Origin: Takakia lepidozioides
Lineage: Eukaryota; Plantae; Bryophyta
Direction of reading: 5' to 3'
DNA length: 64,000 nucleotides
NCBI GenBank assembly: GCA_030704615.1
Contig: CM060731.1
Coordinates: 3,410,001 to 3,474,000 of the forward strand
Program-made: the position numbers and the translations under genes
Shown here: in pieces, positions 32,001-45,551 of the stretch
How positions within the stretch are numbered: the first letter of the stretch is position 1
Layout of the letters: each line of letters starts with the position of its first letter
The notes under the pieces: model-generated
Seen by the model: only the letters and a program-made list of their open reading frames with translations
The model's database searches: none
Told to the model about the DNA's origin: nothing

Positions 32001-33604
32001 TAGCACAAGGACAAGTAGGAAACGGATCCAGCGATGGCCGCTGAAGGAAGAACGAGTCCCTGCGTGGGCGAGAAGGTCGCTTCCTGCAGCAGCCTGTTGA
32101 ATGCTGCCCGCCACAGCTTTGAATCCACATCCGCAGCGCAGAGCCTGCACCTCTAATAAAATCGCTTGTTCACTGACCACCAACCTACCACGCGGTCCAC
32201 GCCCCACGCATGCCTGCATCATCGCTCCGAACAACCTCCATGGAGCTTGTCCTCCTCTAAAGGAAACCTAGTTTTTTTTTTATTGGTGTTCTTGAGAACA
32301 GAGTTGTAAAAGCAAAAGATCTCAAAAACATTTTGAGATCTTGAAAATTCTCGTTACATTTTCTTAGGGTTGCCTAAAGTCAAAACAATATTGTTGTCTC
32401 AAGTCTAAACCAATTAAAGAACTCTGAAGTCGTTAAAAAGAATCACTTGATTATTTCCAAAGCGGGCCAAAACACTCGCACATTTACCTATACAGGATTT
32501 GAACCCCGGACCACAAGGTCAATGTACGAGACTGCCACAAATTCCGAACGACTTGACAAGATTCTGTCCATCATACATAATAAATTTAATAATAAACGAT
32601 ATTTTTCTTGCGCTAATTTAAAAATGGCAGATGATATTTTATTTTTAGCATATTTTCGATATTTTTAATTTTTAAATGACAACATTCCACAGCAAGACAT
32701 CCTGTGCGTTGATTGGCCTGTGGATCCCTCTGTGCCGTCTCTCTCTGCCATGGCCCCCAAAAGTTCACTGCCTTCGCTTAGGCTGGCCCTGCTTCCTTGG
32801 AAACCGAAAAAAAAAACAAAACAAACAAAAACAAAAGACTGGATAATAAATGCTAAAGGGTCCCACAAGCATTGGGTTCTCCAATTGGGTGCTAGATAGG
32901 GGATGAAGATCGTCCAATGAGTCACAGCACAAGACATCGATCGTGTGAATAATACTATATAACTTATCAAGAGCAACAGAGATAACGCCACAGTACCTAA
33001 TATTTTATCACAGAATATCTCTTTATTCTCTCCAAAAGATTTCCCACGAGCGGTCTCAAATGACCGCTCTTAATTGCCCAAAAAGGTCAATAGTCAGATT
33101 TTTGCCAAAATTGTTTATACCAGTTTTTCGACCATAATTATACAGTCAGAGTTTCGCCAGACTTTAGCTCATGGATGACTGAGGACAAGCGTTGGATGAA
33201 TGACGACACTAACGAAGGAAAGGTTCCATGTCGGGACATCCGATGCTCATCTACTGGCTCTCCTTTGCCTACCGCTTTCGCCACTTACTAATTTTGTTTC
33301 ACCACTAACTAACTTACCCAGCTTTTAGAGTTTTAGCCATGCACTGCACCTACCATGTTACTGTACAACCTTCACTATTCCGGTTTCGCCCGTTATAGCC
33401 ACTCATCTCCGGTCCATACTGCAGTATTGTATACGGTGTCGCATTGGTAACCGTATGTACACATTCCAATACCTGATTTTGTGAACCAAAAAAGCGATTA
33501 GGGATGTGAAATGTGAACCCTGGATGGATTTTATTCCTGCTCCTATCGAGGTTTTCAGATGACTCTCACTCAAATGGGAAAAGCAGATAATAATAAGAAT
33601 GGTT

Positions 33605-33642
33605 TTGATTTATTTTTTATTTTATTTTATTTTTATTTTTTT
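33605..33642 (+). repeat. (TTTTA)n microsatellite
   Basis: ttttgattttattttttattttattttatttttatttttt. Confidence 0.7.
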
Positions 33643-34682
33643 CTAAAGGGAAGCAGAAATCTTGCCGCTTAATTATAGTGACACGAGAAAATGACATCTT
33701 TTTTTGTAACCTCGCCATGATACGGTAGTTAGATTGCCTTATACCTTATACGAACAAAATGAAGCCTGTGATGGATGAAAGTAGCTGTCTTCTCAATCCA
33801 AGGATAGTGAAGTCTTCGGAAATTATAAATGTAACAATCGGTAAGTAGATAAATATAAATACTTCCTCGTGAATTTTCCACCTTATTCATAAACTGAGTT
33901 GATGTATGATTGTCGTACTGCCTGGCAGTCCGGGCCTTACTAAGTTCTACAAAGGAATAATAATAGTTGTCCCCTAAAAGACAATAATAAAAATAATAAT
34001 TTAGTATAAGAGTCTTAAAGTATTTCTGACCTGTACGGAAAGTGAGACAGGGCAAGCACGTACGTACTTGACCGTAGCAGGACGTATACTGTCAATCCTT
34101 ACCGTACACATGTTTATTGCCTGCCGCAGCCAGCTGGGCAGTGGGCACCCATGATTTTCTAGTATTTCCCAATAAATCAATAGTTATAAATATTGATAAT
34201 AAAGTCCGAATATCAGTGGAAGGAACTTAAAGCAAAGCAAAGACGGCGTGAATGCCGGACCTAACTTAAAGTTTAAACCTTTTTAGAGACCGAGGGAAAA
34301 GGTAGCAGCGTATAATATTAGGGCGAACAGGTGGAGGGCTGGGAGTGGAGGGTTTTGGCGACCGGCATTAAAGGGTCAGAATGCGCACACGAGGCGCACA
34401 CTTTCTCGTTCTCCCACAGTCTCAGCGTGTGTGTGAGAGCGTCTTCCTCAATTTCGTAGGAGCTTTCGCGGGGAGGGATTCTTGGCTGTAGTGGACAGTG
34501 TGCGGTCTCTCGAGATTTGTAGCGCACTCCTGCTTCTCTTAGCTGAGTGTTTTCCGTTGTGGTTCTGCTCTCGGACTGTGACGAAGCATCCTTGCTGGCC
34601 AAGGCCTGAGCTGTTGGAGCATTGGAGGGCATTAGGTTCTGCAGGCGCTTGGTTGATAGTGAGTGGTGTTGCGTCGAGCACC

Positions 34683-37600
34683 ATGGCCGGGCAGGGAGTC
34701 TTTCAGGAAATTATGGATGGAGAGAACTATAAGTACTATGTGAACGGGGAGTGGAAGGTGTCAGAGTCGGGGAAAACTGTCACCATTACCAACCCCTCCA
34801 CTATCAAGCCGCAGTATAAAGTTCAAGGTCTGTTTTCTTTTACTGTTCTGGCAGCTTTCATCTCTTTGATGCCGCATCTTGTGTACACTAGAATGCTCTG
34901 TTCTGCGGAATTATAGCTTGCAGACATTCACTCGGGGATTGTATGGTCTAGCTAGTGGCACCTATAGCTATTCCTGATGAGTGGATGTGCTTTTGGAGGG
35001 CAATCAATTTTGATACCATTTTTGCGAAAGATAAATGGGAAGAGATCATCCAGTTTACCCGGTACACATAGTGTCAAGTTCAAGCGTTTCGGAGAGTTCA
35101 CATTTGTGCTCTGTGAGCTTAGGAACCTGGCCATGGTTTCTGCTTGAGAGTAAACTTATTTGTGTGCTGGAATTATTGTTCTTGAGTATGTGTGATAGTC
35201 ATATGCGGTAAGCAAATGATAAGGCGAAGGATTGTTCTTCTAATGTTGTCACTCTACGTAAGATTTATTCCCCCTTGTCTTCTCCGCGAATTTCGGTCGG
35301 ACTCTGACCGCTGCTGATGCCATGGTTTGAGGATCCGATGATCGACGCAGTTTTGGTCGTTAGTGTGTATTCTAAAACCTGTTCAGGACAATCGCAGACG
35401 ATAAGTATCTGTCAGTGAACAATTAATACGCAGGATACTACTTGCCTGTCTCTTGGCATCATGTGTGGTGCACAGCAAGGGAGGAAGGCACTATGGGAGA
35501 CCGAAGGTCATTTGATGCTAAGTTACTCACTCAAAGATACACCTCTCGGAATGTGATTGACTGATACTTTGTATATGCCTGCAGCCTGCACCCAGGATGA
35601 AGTTAACAGATGTGTGGACGCGGCAAAAGCAGCCCAGAAACTCTGGGCTAAGACTCCTCTGTGGAAAAGAGCTGAAGCACTTCACAAGGCAGCCGCAATT
35701 CTTAAAGAGCAAAAGCTTCCTATTGCAGAGTGTCTGGTTAAGGAAATTGCAAAGTGCAAGAAGGATGCAGCTACTGAGGTAAAGAATTTAATCCAACATC
35801 ACATTTCTTGAAATGGGGGAAGGAGATGCTCCCACTTGCAGTCTTCCACATCGATATTGGATTCTTTGGTATGCTAGGAGCCACTTAACGTACTGCAGCT
35901 GTCAGTATAACTCATGGATATCTTCTATTTTGTTGTGTACTTGGACCTGGCAGTGTGGTCATGCTGTGCGGGCTCACTGTCTGTCATCATTGCTGAAGGC
36001 ATCTGTGCAGAGAAGAGGACAGAATCTAGGGGGATACCCTTCTAGGAGGGACACTTCTGCTTCATGCAATGTCAGTCTCAGTTCTGGCCTGCTAATTCTC
36101 GTTGTGGTGCCCTTACCATGCAGGTTGTACGTTCAGGGGACCTTATTTCTTATGCAGCAGAGGAGGGAATTCGAATTCTGTCAGAAGGGAAATTTTTGGT
36201 GTCTGATAGCTTTCCAGGAAATGAAAGAAATAAGTACTGTCTTTCATCTAAGGTGCGAGAAATCACTTCATACCTGTTGGTACCCTGTACTGTTGTTTCA
36301 GTGTAAATTATCTACCTGTGGGGCAGATTAGGAGCAGGCATTCCATTTTATTCTTCATTTTGACATTTTGATTGAGAACCTGATATTCGGACTGGGAGAG
36401 AGAGAATGCAGTCTAAGACAAGGAAATGTGCAATCTTGAAGTAATTATGAGCTGTGTACTGTGTCCAGATTCCACTTGGGGTGATTCTTGCAATTCCTCC
36501 ATTCAACTACCCGGTGAATCTGGCTGTATCAAAGATTGGCCCAGCTCTCATTGCAGGAAATGCTGTTGTTCTGAAGCCCCCCACTCAGGTGATCTCTAAA
36601 TTTGCTTGCATTCTTCTTGGTTGCCTTTCCCCAATGCCGTGCGATTATAGTTCTTAAAAAGAGACAGCTATAGAAGTTCTATTCCCTTAAAGAAGAAAGG
36701 TTGCTCCTGGATTCAATTGTTTTGATGTATGCTGCACACTTGTGGCTTCCCTTTTCAAATAGAGTGGAAGCTAGCAGACTTTCTACCTCTAGCTTCCAGT
36801 TTCTGGAACTGGTCTAAACTTGTGTGTTGAGCAAAAACTAGTCTAAAGAGCTCATGCAGTGGGTGGTGTACGGCACCTCAGTGTATGTTGTCTGTTCCTC
36901 CTATGCCCAATTGACGAAATCTGTAGCTGGCCCATAGTATAGAGTCTTGAAATCACTTGCAATTAAAGCGCCATCCATTTTAGTTGGGCTGAATGTACTT
37001 GCAATATATCATACATGCAGGGGGCGGTATCTTGCTTGCATATGGTACATTGCTTCCATCTGGCAGGGATTCCAAAGGGGTTGCTCTCTGCAGTGACTGG
37101 CAAAGGCTCTGAGATTGGCGACCTTCTTACCATGCATCCTGGCATCAACTGTATCAGGTACCTTCCCCAACTCTCATGCGCCAGGTAGCCGGGATGATTC
37201 CATTCCACATGTACATGGTCTCTAGATGTGAAGAAGAGACCTGTCCTATGTTGGATAGTCCTTCTTCTCTACTAATGTACTGACCATCTTTACGCATTGG
37301 GGAATGGGAACAGTTTCACAGGCGGGGACACAGGGATCTCAATATCAAAGAAGGCTGGCATGGTTCCACTGCAAATGGAGTTGGGAGGCAAGGATGCATG
37401 TATTGTGCTGGAGGATGCTGACCTTGACCTGGTGGCCAGTAATGTCATTAAGGGCGGATATTCCTTCAGGTTCCTAGACACTGCCCTATCTCTTGGGTTT
37501 TTAGATCAACCAGACATAGGCAGCATGCACAATCTGTCTTCAAAAGACTGCATGCTGCAAGCATGGCATGATTTGCCAAGTTTGCTAAGTTTCTTTCACT

Positions 37601-40008
37601 TTAAGGAGTGCAGGCTTTGTGATGACTTTCTGTCTGCATCGATGGCTGCAGTGGACAACGATGCACAGCTATTAAGGTGATATGTGTGATGGAGGCAGTT
37701 GCGGATGAGCTGGTAGCCAAGGTGAACTCCAAAATTGCTAAGCTCACCATCGGCATGCCTGAGAATGATTGCGACATTACGCCTGTCATCAGCGAATCTT
37801 CAGCCAATTTTATTCAGGGCCTTGTGGAAGATGCCAAGGAGAAGGGTGCCAAGTTTCACCAGGTGTGCACTGGACTCATCACTGTCTGCAATGACGTAGC
37901 TATGGGGAGAGCGAGGACGAATCACTGATAAGGCACTGCTTGCTGTACCCTTCTGGTCATAGACCTGGTTGGATGATACAAGAGGACAGGAAAGAATGAT
38001 GATAGGGCGAATAGGGCCCACCACTACCCTTCCTTACTGGGACCCACCGTGTGTATATGCTTTTTACCTTGATATCCTCCCAGAAATGTTTCATCACCTT
38101 GTTGACTTGATAGATAATTTCACCCTGGAGTACAAATCTAAGGAGGATCATTGTCACAACATGCTCCATCAAAAGATGAAGAGTCACGGGGTCCTACGTG
38201 TTTATGAAGACTTTATTCCTCTTAGAAGAGACATCGCCCCAGTTCATGAGACTACTTCCACATCATCATCAACAAGTACACATTGGGGTTTCCTACCTCT
38301 GTTGACTTATCTGGGTCCACAGTGTCCTTGCATTGGTGCTTTCCTACAGGAAGTTGTTTTGAACAGTAACAAAGGAATGGAATTTGTGACAATTAGTCTG
38401 TGCTGATGTGGGGCTGTTTGATGCTGCAGGAATGGAAGAGAGAAGGTAACCTTATCTGGCCACTTCTGATTGATCATGTGCGACCCGATATGCGGATCGC
38501 CTGGGAGGAGCCATTTGGGCCAGTGCTACCTGTCATCCGCATCAAGACAGTGGAGGAAGGCATCCACCACTGCAACGCTAACAACTTTGCACTCCAGGTT
38601 TGCCTTTTCTGTGTGCTTTGTCGTGCATAGCTTGTGGTAGAGTAATCGCAGCACTTTAGAGCTGAAAGCGGGATTGAGAACTGCTTACCAGAGTGTCAGC
38701 AGGTCTTGTGGTGGTGTTGAATAACTGCTAGCAAAACTTTATTAGCAGTCATTGAAGCAAAGAGGCTGTCTTCTCCCCCATGTTTGGAGGTTTGGTGGGG
38801 GAAGTGTCGAAGGGGGTGGGAGAGTGTCCATTTCCTCAGTAAATTCTGCTACCACCAAGGATTCATCCATATTGATGTTCCAGCAAAGGTCTTGTTGGTG
38901 CTCTGATATTCAACCTGGACATGAGATGTCACAGTGTGGTAACTTCATAGGTTATGTTCAAGATCTGCACATCTTATGTGAGTAGATATCTGGGGGATTT
39001 GTGATCTCAGAGAAGGGTATTCTGCCTTACTGCATCCAAGTAAACAAATCATTAGTCCATCTTCTGGGATTGCTTCATCACAGGGCCTCATCAAGGCCTT
39101 GACCCAACTATGCCTAAAGTGAGTTTGTGCTTAATGCCCACAAAGCAGAAATAAGTTTGGTATCCCAATCCCTCCTGTGTTCTCAACGCCGCCCGATATT
39201 CATTGAGTTTCTATCATGTATTGTAATTACACACACATCTGGAGTATAGGGGTTGACTTGGGCCACTGGGTGGATTTGTTGAGTGCAGGGTTGTGTGTTC
39301 ACTAAAGACATCAACAAGGCCATCTTGATAAGTGATGCCATGGAGTCCGGAACCATCCAGATAAATGCTGCACCAGCCCGAGGACCTGATCACTTTCCCT
39401 TCCAGGTATACATCCCCCCTTGGTTACCTTGTTTTGCAAACAACTTATTTTGTGAATTCAATTGGTACCCTTATTCTTACATTGGAGGAGGCTTTAGTGC
39501 ACCTTTTCTTGATCTGTTCTAGACTCTCTCTCTCTCTCTCTCTCTCTTTCTGCACAGCACCCCTAGTTTCTACAGTGCAGTCACATCCACATTTTGACTA
39601 CATTTATGGGTGATAGCAGGTGATTACCTACCCTTCTACCAACCTAATACCACCCCCATCATGTCAACACTAGCTTTCTTATCAACACTTCTATCTCCTG
39701 TAGCCTGGTCAACTGTACCCAAGCACTCTGCTAATTTGCAAAGCCCACAAGCTATAATCCACGATCAATACCAGGATCGGCAGTACTCCATTGTGACTAG
39801 GCTCCTAAGGGTATACTGTATGTGACATGCTGGAAACAACGCAACTGAGTCTGTCCTGTGCAGACACGTAGCTAACCACCGTGTATTGTGGGCAGGGCTT
39901 GCGAGACAGCGGTATTGGGTCCCAAGGCATTATTAACAGCATCAACATGATGTGCAAAGTCAAGAGCACCGTAATAAATCTACCATCACCGACCTACACG
40001 ATGGGCTA
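34683..40008 (+). CDS. GAPN: NADP-dependent non-phosphorylating glyceraldehyde-3-phosphate dehydrogenase (ALDH11), 10 exons
   Basis: Exons 34683-34827, 35585-35778, 36124-36252, 36469-36588, 37021-37157, 37314-37469, 37652-37862, 38430-38597, 39289-39405, 39896-40008. Motifs: [51 protein letters not shown]-terminus [11 protein letters not shown]. Confidence 0.97.
39524..39547 (+). repeat. (TC)n microsatellite in the last GAPN intron
   Basis: ctctctctctctctctctctctct. Confidence 0.8.
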
Positions 40009-42737
40009 AGTGACTCCTCTCAAACTTTGGTTCATGCATTGATGAAGGGAGGTGAAAGGACATTCAGATTTTGGAGGTACCTAATCCATGTCCAGTTAGC
40101 AAAACTGAAGCAAACCCTGCACCCAGGGAAGCCCTGCTTTGATCCTTGTCGCATGTATGTACTTACATGGCTGTAGGACTCTATGCCCCCAACTAGGTCC
40201 AGGTCTCATGGCCAGACAAGGTGACAACTTTTATTACGGGCTTAGCTAGAGGTTTACGGAAGGTTATTCCCTTAGGAGGGAAAGTGTACGATTTGGTGCA
40301 GTAGACGGAGATCGGCTAGTGCTGGTTGGCAAATTGCATGCGGCAATGAGGAAGGAGGATGAGTAGCAAGGCATTGAGACGAGCACTTGCTTTTAGGCAC
40401 TCAGCACATGAGGTGTTTTCCCCGGTAACTAACACAACATTAGGTAGTGGGTATGTGAAGGTTTCTTCCCAACAGCCTTCTGGAATTCTCAGCTCCCTGG
40501 CCTTGGGCTTTTAATTGACTTCTGTCGATCCAATTGTCGTATTCAGTATATGGTGGTCGTGGTATACCACTAATCTTTGTGTGTTATTCCTAGATCGTAT
40601 ATAACACAATCCTTCAATTAATCCTTTTTGATAGCTAAATATGTATATATATATAATGTCTTATTTGATTGTATTCTGCAAGTTATTATTTCATTCAATT
40701 TCATGTCCGCCCTTTATTTGGTTGCGTGTTCTACAATTCAAGTGAAAGATAGTGTCCCAGAGCCCTCCGATGAGATTCAGAAGAAATTATAAAAGTGGCT
40801 GTAGCCATTTTGTTGGGCTGCTTAGACAACAGGGAGATCACAATACACTACTGGATTTTATTACATAGTTTCAAACACAACTGGAAACATACAAGGAGAA
40901 AAATCAACTCATTCTAAATTGATAAGGGGATTTCATTCTTTGGCAAAATGTTCCCTGTTCAAGTTGCATTTTGTCATGAAATTAGTGGGCAGCTCCAATA
41001 TTCTCCTATTTTCCAATATTCTCCTGTCAAAAACGACCCTTCTTTTTTTGTTACTTTCTGACTTTTTGCAGAAGGCCTTTGTAAAATGGACTCCATCCCA
41101 TTATATATATACTGTGGGAGCTGTTCTCTAGCCCACAACTTTCTCTCCCACTATTGCGTGAATGTTTTCGTTCATGTCTAAGTGGAAATTGGATGGATGT
41201 CCATACCAACAAGCCACTTGGATTTCGGGAATCCATATATTTCTCGATTCTTCACAATGTCCACGTTGATATCATAATATCGACCCAATATGAATAAAAA
41301 TTCTTGCTGCTGCTGGAGATCTTAAATCATACTTTTCAAGCCCTCGTTGTAGGCTAAAACAACCTCATTGAAGGGAATCAGACACATGTGTGCGTCTCTT
41401 GCAGCCTTGGGATTGTCCCAATATGAGTTGAAAATAGTGGAGCAACCTTTGGCAGGATTGTTGTAAATAAATTAGTCTTTGGCAGGATTGTTATAAATAA
41501 ATCAGTGTCTAGCCCATGCATTATATAATTTTTCTATAGCAGCTGAAACTGCAGCCACTGATTGAGGTACAATATGTTTTATTACATCTATAGGTCCTAT
41601 GTGTCGGAGATACTGATATGAGAAGTCGTTGCCCCAACGTGAATAATGTTTAATCCATTCTCGTAATTTTCTAATGTGGGTATTGATTCTCTTGACAATT
41701 TTGAGTTAAAAAACCCAAAGCATGATGACTTTGTATTAGGTGAAGTCCTGCAACAAGGGCTTTACGCGATCCAAGATTCGCGAAGAAATGATGGCGAAGG
41801 CGAAGGCGAGCTCCGCGTTCTGCGGTGAGAGAGGGTCTGCTCAACGGCCGTCTCTTACCTCCAAGGCTTCCAAGATCCCCCCCGGCCGGCCGAGATGGCG
41901 TCTTACCCCGGCCTGATCACCTCCCCAGTCCTCACTTTCCCGAAAGGGCCCATCCCAGCGACCTCGGAGACCCTCTTTTACCCCTTTTCGGCCCAGGGAT
42001 GGTACTTCAGCCATCATCCCCCCCGCCATTTGCTAATGGCGTCCTTCTTTATCCCAAAGGACGATCCTCTTGGCTATCTCTATGAAATGACCCCAAGCAT
42101 GCCCCCATTATTGCCCTGCAATTTTGGGGCTAACGCTCCCGGCTCCGCCTGCCCCTGTGCGACACATCCTTTCCTGGCTAAGCCATTTCACCACTGTTCA
42201 TCATTCCTTTAATCAATGTTAGACGGCCTCCCGCATGATAATCAATCCCCCAGCCGCCATGCAATCTGAGCTCCCCCGCCACCTTTCGCAGGGCGCTCCT
42301 GTTCCTTCCTGTTTTCGGTGCCTAGCTCCCGCCATCCTTGTGCTCTCGTCTGGTTTTTCAGCGTATCGGTGTCTCTCTTAGCCTGCGTAGTCCAGGTTTA
42401 GTCGCAATTTTTCGAAGTGCGCTGCTCTCTAGTTCGTACTCTCCTGTATTGATCCAGGCTTCTGGTGCTCTAGGCTTTTTCTTTCATTGCTGGTTTCTCC
42501 TGGGTTCACCGAGCTGTGGCTCGTTGTCCTTTTCTTCTTGCTGCTGATTCCGGTCTCTCCATTTCTACCCTTCAATTTCCATCTCTCACCCCCCCCCCCC
42601 ACTCCTTTTTCGCAGCTGGATTTTCCCTTTTTGAGGCTTCCCTGTGTTTTCTGTGTTTTCTGTGTTTACTGGCTCTTTGATCGATCCTCTCGGTGCCCTT
42701 CCTGCTTGGCGGTTCTTTCACTCCGTTGGTCCCTTCA

Positions 42738-45551
42738 ATGGCCCCCATTAAATTTGCCCGCCGTGGAGCTCCAACTACCAGATCTCAAAGTCGTTCGGCT
42801 GCTGCCATTCAGGCTGCTTTGGCAATCCCTTCCACTGGGACAGGTTTCTTCCAGGCCCACTGCGCTCTGGCGCATAGTCGCAGCCCCCCGGCTATGCGGG
42901 CAGCTCCGATCCGGGTTCCCTTGGTTGCTCCTCTCTCTCCCCGGCTGAGTCAATCGCCAGTTTCGGATCCCACCACGCATGTGAGCCCACCCCAGTATAC
43001 CGGGGCTCCCTCATCACCTCCCCATGCAGTCGACCCCCAGCAGGATGCAGCCGACCCTCAGCAGGATCTGATGGAGGATATTTTGGATCTCCAGAGATCG
43101 ATGAGTAAATCTCACCCTCTTGTGGAGCTCAATATGTCCACAATCCACGACAGTGTCGCAGACTTTTCGGAGAAAGGGGTGCTTCTTCATTTCCCAGGTA
43201 GAAAAGTTGACAGGGATCATGCAAGGGATTGGGCCATCTGTCACTTGGGGGGGTCTGGCGACCTTAATCATCATTTTTGCCACTCCAGAGGCCAAGGATT
43301 CTTCTCGGTCTTTTGGATTCAAAGGAAGCTGCAGATAGGGCACTTTCCTTCAATCCCCACATGGCTGGTTTTAATGTTAACATTTTTCCTTGGTCGAGTG
43401 CTATGGGCAACAAAAATGGAAAGGTGTGGAGTCCCAGGATCATTGCCTTGCCATATATCCTGGACCAGTATCTCTTCAGTTTGCCCGAGATAGGGAACTT
43501 CTTGGGGGAGTATTTGGGATGTTTGGCGGTGTTCGACCCCCACAACTGTCCGGAAGCCCTTAAGAATAATCTTGCTTGGAGGGGGGCCTCGATTTCATCA
43601 AAGGCACATGAGAATGGGTTTCCTAAGATTGTTATAATGATGCCTGATGATGCAATCATCCCTGAATTTATTCGTCTCCCCATTGATGACAAAGGCAACT
43701 TCTTCTCGGTTAAATTATCTGAGGACACTACCTCTACTGTCTGCTACTACTGTGGACGTATGGGGCACCTCAAAGCTGTTTGCCCGAAGGCCCAAAAGAA
43801 GAGAACTAGGTCACCGCTGGGGGCAAAACAACAACCTGCCGCCCCCCCTAAAAGGCGATCCGAAGGGGAAGTCCCCAGTCTTCTCCCAGGACTCACACCA
43901 TGCAAAGAGGGCGGCACCGAATGCAGGCGAAGGAGACTTGCCAGATTGGGTTCCTCAGGCCTCTACTCATGCTCAGCCACCGAATCTCAACAGGCGGTCT
44001 GCCTCGCAAGACCCCATGCTTTTGGAGGCCATTGGCAGTGTTTCCTTGGTGTTTCACAACAGGGAAGGACTTGACCCACCGACAAGAAACATCAAGCAAG
44101 ACGATCCGGGCAACTTCCCCCCCACGCCCCCAACACCCCTCTTTGGTAATGATCCAGCACTGCCCAAAAGCTCCCTTCATCTCTCCGCATCCTCCTCGAT
44201 TGCCTACAATCCAGTCATAGCCAGAATTTGCAACAGTCTTCACTCCTTCCCCACTCTGTCCCTTCCGGGCTCCTCAACCTTGTTTTCTCAGTCCTACCCC
44301 AAAGCTACTGGTGTGACTCCATTGATTTTCCGTAGATCCCCAGCTCCTGCCTTCCTTGCCACGGAGGGCTACGGGGACAGCTTTGAATCCATTTGGATTT
44401 CCAATTACGATGTTTCTATTTTCATGGCAAAATCACCCATTGACTGCAGTCCAATCCCCACTCTCAGAAACAAGATTAACTCCTTCCTTCATTCAAAGTT
44501 TCCTCACTATGTGCTCCCAGCCACTGCTCAGGTTACTTGGGGCACTTACATTGAGGACCATCTTGCTCTAGGGGTTAACCTTTCACCTTCTACCCAAATT
44601 CTAGCCCTCTTGGAGGAGTCGGACCTGCTACTTACCCAAAAGTTGCACAATGGGAGATGGATCCAACCTGCCCCTCAGGACCAGCCTGCCCCATCCTGCC
44701 GGGCTCTCATCAGAGCCAGAGACATTATGCGCAATGGCTTTGCCCTGCTCCAGGCCCTTATGGAATCGGAAGAGGTGCAAGGGATTGAGGAACTTCAGGA
44801 TCAGCAAGTACAAGAATACCAGGGACCTATCCAGGGCATTGTTCGTGCTGATCCAGGAAGCCCCACAGCATATCAGCAGCATCAGGCTCGGCCCCAGCCC
44901 CCCTACTCATCACCTGGACTGGATGCGAGTGCAAGGGCTCAGTCGAACTTGTCCCCCCCCGACCACCACACTCCTGCCTTCTCCAACTCCGGCTCCATTG
45001 GTCTGCCCCCTGTCGCCCCCCAGTACCCGGTGAGTGGCCTCCCTATTGTCATTCCCTTCATTATTTTCTACCCATCTCCCTTATGCCCCAACAAAGGTAA
45101 CGTGTTGTACCTCGGAACCAGGTCACCCCCGCCATGTGCCTGGAAAATTCTACCCTCAATTTCCTACCCTCTATCAGATGGAGACTTTTTGATGTATTTT
45201 GGTGCAGGGTCAGGACCTCTTCCCCTCGCCACACCGGATCCTCTCAAACTTATTCTTATCTCAAAAATTTTCATGCAACTTTCGGGTAGACCTAGGGTGG
45301 TGCGCACTTCGTGGATGCCCTGCTCAAAGATTCAACCTCTCCCGGGGGATGATTCTTTCTACCATCATAGCCAGAGCACCCTTATCATGGCCATAGAATT
45401 GGATAAGCCAGTAGATGCAGCCCCATTCAATCACTTCTGGAAGACAACCCTATTGTCTTCTGATAAAAGAACTAAGTTCCATTTCCATTATGACAGGCCA
45501 TCATTTGAGTCATTCCCGCTCAGCCTGACACACCCACAAGTTGCTGGTTAG
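42738..45551 (+). pseudogene. L1 ORF1 (gag-like, CCHC knuckle, long Pro-rich C-terminal extension), split over three frames
   Basis: Overlapping ORFs 42693-43493, 43277-44074 and 43647-45551. Confidence 0.7.

Noticed and set aside
29700-32300. Possible decayed gene or retroelement with a minus-strand TATA near 31530
   Set aside because: No identifiable protein motifs, LTR pair or TSD.
37969-38406. 145-aa ORF inside GAPN intron 7
   Set aside because: Non-ATG start, no known motif, and GAPN splices correctly without it.
24367-40008. Functional gene cluster of cytochrome c, fibrillin-like protein and GAPN
   Set aside because: The products act in different compartments and pathways; adjacency alone is not evidence.
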